Assembly: GCA_905178155.1 (NCBI GenBank)
Contig: CAJINV010000013.1
Coordinates: 2,236,281 to 2,300,280 of the forward strand
Direction of reading: 5' to 3'
Length of the DNA stretch: 64,000 nucleotides
Origin: Amoebophrya sp. A120
Taxonomy: Eukaryota > Protista > Dinoflagellata
This document shows positions 59,001 to 64,000 of the stretch, one piece after another. The translations under genes were made by a program, and so were the position numbers. Below the pieces are notes generated by a model. That model saw nothing but the letters and a program-made list of their open reading frames with translations, was not told the DNA's origin and ran no database searches. How positions within the stretch are numbered: position 1 is the stretch's first letter; each line of letters begins with the position of its first letter.

Positions 59001-62000
59001 CTGCAAGTAGTGGTCCAGGAGCTGCTACACCAAATAGACAAGAACAGCACCAACAAGCGGGATCAAACACTACAACCTCACCGAACAACAGTAAAGCCGC
59101 CTCACCTGGTGCCGAAGCAGATGTCCCCTCTCCACAGCAGCAGCAAACGCTCAGCAAGTCGACGCTGGAACAGGATTTAGAGGGTTTAGTCCTGGAAGTG
59201 AACGAGCTCTTCGGGCAGCACATCGTGCTGTTACTTTCCAGCGAGGAAATGGAGATGGAGGAGAAATTTGCCCTCTTCCAGTCCGCCCACGTTCTGATTA
59301 ACACCACCGTGAAAGACGGACTGAACGTCAACCCGCTCGAGTTTCTCGCCTGCCACGCGTCCATCGGCGACCAGAAAGCGCCCATGATTCTCTCGGAGTT
59401 CGCCGGCGTTTCCCAGATCCTCCAGGGCGCGCTGATTGTGAACCCGTGGAACACGCCCGAAATCGTGAACGCAATTGTCCGGTGTTGCCGCATGTCCGAG
59501 GAGGAAAAAGAGTACCGGTTCGCGAAGGATTTGGCCTACGTTGCGGAAAAGAACCCGGTGACCTGGTTGGAATCGTTTTTAACGGACTTGTATCAAGTGC
59601 CAACATTATCTGGGTCTGGAAGACTGGGGAAGTTTGTCATGCAAATTGTACATGGCGATGGCCCGCTATGCCTGTGATGCATGCTCTAGCATCACAGCTT
59701 TAGCGGAAGCTTGTTGATGCAAATAGACTCTCCTGCATGAGAAGTGCCCGCTCCGGTTGGCAACAATCTGAGTACCTTTTACTGCTCATGTTGCAAGACA
59801 GGCTTTTGTACGCTTGAAAGTTAGCAACACAAATCCCATTCTTTCCAGACCGAGACATCTTTGCACTTGATAACTTAAAAGCAAGTCGGAAAAAAGACGA
59901 CAAAAACTACGTCGCGGTCGGGTTCGGCGCGAACTTCTATCAAATGTAAAAATGTCTGGGTCTGGAAGAATGCAACTTGTCATGCTGTTTTTGGATTCTA
60001 AAAAAATTAGTGTTGCATGACCAGCAAGAAAGGTCCAGTTTGTGCTACACGGAGAGGGCACTTCTCATGCGGAAGGCGCATCAGGAGGCCCTCTAAAAGT
60101 CTGTGATGCTAGGTCATGCATTACAGGCATCAGGGGTCATGAGAAATATGCATGACAAGGCTGCATTCTTCCAGACCCAGACATTTATACATTTGATAAC
60201 TTCCGCATTCTCTCGATGGACAGCACCTTTGCCAAATTGATGACCGACGACGTGATCCACGCGTACCGAAACGCGCGTGGTTGCCGGGTCTTCTTCCTCG
60301 ACAACGAGGGGACGCTGGCGCCGAACTTCGCCAGTCGGTACGCCAGAGCCAAGGACCACCTCCGGTTGAAGGACGTGTCCGAGCTGCAGTCCTTTGGCGT
60401 CGCGCCGAGTCCAAACGTCTTGCACTGTCTGAACGAGCTGATGCAGGACCCGCGGAACATTGTCGTCGTCATCTCCGGGCGGACGAGAAAGCAGCTGTCC
60501 GAGTGGTTCTCCCCGGTCTTCAACAACATTGGCCTCGCGGCCGAGCACGGGTTCTGCTACCGGATTCCCTCGGTCTTGGGCGACGAGTGGTACCAGGAGC
60601 AGGTGGAGAGCGACATGAGCTGGAAAAACGTGGCGTTCGAACTGATGCGGGAGTACACGGCGCGGACGCAGGGGAGCTGGATGGAGAACAAGGGGTCGGC
60701 GCTCGTCTGGCAGTATCGGGACGCGGACCCGGAATTCGGGGACCTGCAGGCCAAGGAGTTGGGGCAGCACTTGCGGGAATTTTTGGCCAACTCTTCCGTG
60801 ATGTCGAACGCGCAGACGGGGACGAACCAGCCAGGCAGCAGCGGCCAGAAGATTTTGCACAGTTCCGGCGTGGAAAACCAGTTTGGGTTGACGGATACCG
60901 GGTTGACGGGGGGCATATCACCGATGCGAATTTGTCGAAAATTCTGGAAAAAACTTGTGATGCTAAATTGTGGATAATGGAAGCTAGCACGTCCAAGTGC
61001 ACCCAAGCGTGGATGACAAGTGCTTGAAACGCTTTGGCATCCTTCCAGGCGTAGTAGTACGCATTATCACAAAGAGTATAGGAACAGGAAGCAGCGGCGT
61101 TTTTTTTGGCGATACAGATTTTCCAGTAAAACTCAATGTAAAACAAGCCTTGCACCAAAATCGACTTTCATTCCAGACCCAGACATGTTTGCGTTTGATA
61201 AGGCAGTATGCTGCACAAAGTGGAAGTGACCAACGGGAAGGGGTACGTGGAGTGCCGGGTAGCGGGGATCAACAAGGGCGCAGCCGTGTCGAAAATTCTG
61301 CAGAAGATATCCTTGATCCGCGGAGACTATCCAGTGCAGAAGTAAATTACTCGTATGACGGATTAATTGCGGGTATGCACGACACGCCTACTAGTTGTTT
61401 CTCACCTGAATCAGCAAAAGAAGTGGCTGTGTTTTTCCTACTTGTGAAAAAGAAAAACTTTGGATTGATTCCATATCCACTAGTGCGATACTTTTGCAAT
61501 GCATACAAACCCGGATTTCATCCTGTGCATGGGCGATGATCGGTCGGACGATATCCTGAGTAAAAACGTACCCACACCAGAGTCTCGATGGGGATTTTGC
61601 AACACAAGCCTAGGAGTTTTGTGAGTCACGCATGACAAGTTGCACTATGCAGTGTAGTGCAGGTTAGCAAGTGCAGCCGCATCACAGATTCATCTGCTCA
61701 TCCTGTTCACAGCATCACAAATTCCAAAACACGATTGGAAATGGCTCTCATGGGGATGCGCATTACAAGTCTTCCTCTCTTTGCAAATCTGCATTACAAC
61801 TCTGGCGTGGGTACGTTTTTACTCAGGATAGACGAAGACATGTTTGAAGTGGTGAACCAGCTATCCCTAGCGGAAGGGGACGACGGGGGCGGAAGCGTCA
61901 TGTACTCACTTTACTGTTTTATTTTTACTTCTGCTACTAACAGAAGCTTTTGGATGATTCAAATTTTTCAATATTTTTTTATACAACTTTGTCAACATCA

Positions 62001-63436
62001 TGCGAGATGATGAAGAACAACATGAAAGACCACGGCTGTCATTCGACTCCCGCCTGCATTAGACTCGTGCCAATCTATTCCTGCGAAAGCTACCATTGCT
62101 TTTCAACTTCCACAGGGACGGCGCCAAGTCCACTTCGGAGTCCAACCTGCAGTTCTTTGCCGGTGGGATGCGCTCTATCGGTGGGTTGCAGCGCGGGTCT
62201 CGGGGGAGCGCGTCTTCGTCCCGGATGAACCTGCTGGGGGGGATTCAGCCCGTGAGTAACCTCGGCGTGATATCCTGAGCGAAAACGTCCTCACCCCGTA
62301 GTCAAGATGGGGAATCTGCTAGACAAATGAGCCAGCTTCGGGCGTTGCGCATGACAAGTTTGGCCTCGTAGTGTAATCTTGTTTAATAGCTAGTTCATCA
62401 GCATCACAGACCTAGCCTATTGCGCTCATTAGAGCATCACAAATTCCAAAACACGACCGGAAAACACTTCTCAGGGGACTACGCACGAGAAACATTTTCA
62501 GCATGCAGATTTGCATGACAGCTATGGGGTGGGGACGTTTTTACATAGGATACGTGAACACCTTCGCGGGCGACGGGTCGGATTTGAAACAGCAGTACAA
62601 CTATTACAATGAAAAATGCCTCCTCCCCATATCAAAACGGAAATTTGTGATGCAGATTTGTGGCCACAAATCAGCTTTGTCATGCTAGAAGGGAAAAGAT
62701 GCGGACTCTAGTGCTGGTTGGCGTGGGAAAGCCTTGCATCTTCAGCATGACAGGGGGCAGCTGGAAGTGGGAAACAGCATGACAAATTGCCTGCAAACGA
62801 GGCCACAGCTGCGTCTCTTGGCCTTCTAGCATTACAAGTCGATTTGTGTACTCAAATACAGCATCACAAATTTCGTTTTCGATATGGGGAGGGAGGATTT
62901 TTCCTTTTGATAACAACGTGAACAACATCATGTCCTGCACCATAGGGCAGAAACCGTCGAAGGCCAAATACTATCTCCACGACGTTGAGGAGGTGACGGA
63001 GTTGCTCGAAGCGCTGAAAAACTCGGTCCGCAGCTGCCTGGAAGGGGACGAAACGAAATTGCAGCAAGTGTACAAATCCACTCCCGCGAAGCTGCAAGGG
63101 ACGTCGAATAGTAATGCAAAGTACAACAACACGCCCGGGGGCGGGGCGCGCGGCGGGCTGTACGGCGCGCCACCCTTTCAACAGGGAGACAATCTCAACC
63201 AGCAACCCGAAGCAGGCGACGTGCAGCGGCAGGGAAGCAAAATAAAAACACCACTAGATCAGTTGAGTTTCGGCGGGCACCAGCGAGGGATGAGGCCGCA
63301 AGACAGAGGACCAGAGTCGGAGCAAAGCGAGGACGGGGGGACATCGGTAGTGTCATCGGTGTCTGATCATGACTACGTGGTCGGTAGTTCCTTCCAGCAA
63401 CAGGGAAGCAGTGCCGGGTACAGGAGCGGAAGGTAA
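56084..63436 (+). CDS. TPS: CBM20 + trehalose-6-phosphate synthase (GT20) + HAD phosphatase fusion, 11 exons
   Basis: CBM20 VVGSCPQLGDW; GT20 WVHDYHL, IGFFLHCPWPS, ADLIGFQ, DGLN, ILSEFAG, VNPWN; TPP FLDNEGTL, VISGR, LAAEHG, NKG, GDDRSDEDMF, KPSKAKYYL. GT-AG introns 56266-56375, 57984-58095, 61902-62115; seven introners. Confidence 0.95.
59591..59872. mobile_element. Introner family C-like (282 bp), TSD ACTT(G/A)
   Basis: tatcaagtgc / gcacttgata; removal gives TDLKASRKK. Confidence 0.93.
59938..60198. mobile_element. Introner family C (261 bp), TSD ACTTC
   Basis: Near-perfect TIR of more than 30 bp; removal gives GFGANFRILSM. Confidence 0.97.
60916..61200. mobile_element. Introner family C-like (285 bp), TSD (G/A)GGCA
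   Basis: Right TIR ttccagacccagacat...tttgata; removal gives GGSMLHKVEVTNGKGYVE. Confidence 0.9.
61328..61505. mobile_element. Degenerate introner (178 bp)
   Basis: tatccagtgcagaagta / tacttttgcaatgcata; removal gives RGDPDFILCMGDD. Confidence 0.85.
61552..61830. mobile_element. Introner family D (279 bp), TSD GACGA
   Basis: 32-bp TIR with one mismatch; splits the GDDRSD-EDMF motif, which is restored on removal. Confidence 0.98.
62271..62552. mobile_element. Introner family D (282 bp), TSD CGTGA
   Basis: tatcct...aaaacgtcctcacccc / ggggtggggacgtttt...aggata; frame restored. Confidence 0.95.
62602..62912. mobile_element. Introner family A (311 bp), TSD ACAAC
   Basis: Left TIR tattacaatgaaaaatgcc; reverse orientation relative to 48180 and 18566; removal gives QYNVNNIMSCTIGQKPS. 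Confidence 0.96.
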
Positions 63437-64000
63437 AGAAGATGCTGATTTTTAAGTACCTACTTAAATGTTCGAAGATCATGGACTATTCTCACCTTTA
63501 CTTCTTAAGTAGCTTCAAGTAGTTTTCAACGATTTTGAGGACGTATTTCAAAGTTATTTTCTGGTTCAAACCTTCACCTTCTGCAATGAAAAAAAACACA
63601 CTGTAAAATGCTTGGAGACCGGACCTTGCCAAATGGTTCACGAGACTCGCTGTAAAGATTTTTGCACCTTCTTCGTGGCAATGTTTTGTATATGAAAAAG
63701 AACAAGATGTCGCCGCCCATGCATGGTGGCTCCGCCTACGAACTCGCGCCAGCCGAGCCACAGAGCCCCTGTCTTGAGGGATCAGGTTCTTTGTGCAAGT
63801 TGCTGTTCGGCAGTCTTGATATTACTTTTACAATCAGAATCATTACTACACCATGTCGTGCACCATCAGTCTTGTTAATATAATGGCCTAAATGACGCCG
63901 GACCTGCGGCCTTGTCGATAACCGGCCTGTGCGTCCAATATTCCTCTGTTTGTCAGTCTTCAAGGTTTACAGGTAGTACTAGAAAATGTTTCCTTCGCGC

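Overview
Eukaryotic, gene-dense, intron-rich DNA, most consistent with a parasitic dinoflagellate such as Amoebophrya (Syndiniales). That assignment is inferred from intron architecture, co-oriented genes and alveolate-type proteins. I reconstructed about 15 protein genes by hand, nearly all on the + strand. They include L-asparaginase, RPL23, a DUF1152-like protein, a GT-B glycosyltransferase, a CERLI/RASP-like C2-PH protein, WDR90, a CBM20-TPS/TPP protein, two paralogous coiled-coil proteins and a cytochrome b5 / selenoprotein J (SelJ) fusion. Two things stand out. (1) About 30 introns are not GT-AG. They are 160-440 bp MITE-like introners with TAT...ATA ends, terminal inverted repeats (TIRs) and a 5-bp target-site duplication (TSD). 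They form several families, sit in either orientation within host genes and share an internal GCAT(C/G/T)ACA(A/G) motif. Removing element plus 5 nt restores frame and conserved motifs, and diverged TSDs suggest the intron is N-TAT...ATA-NNNN. (2) The SelJ-like gene has two in-frame TGA codons at Sec/Cys positions and an N-terminal heme-binding b5 domain. All exon structures are manual, no database search was run, and family assignments rest on remembered motifs.
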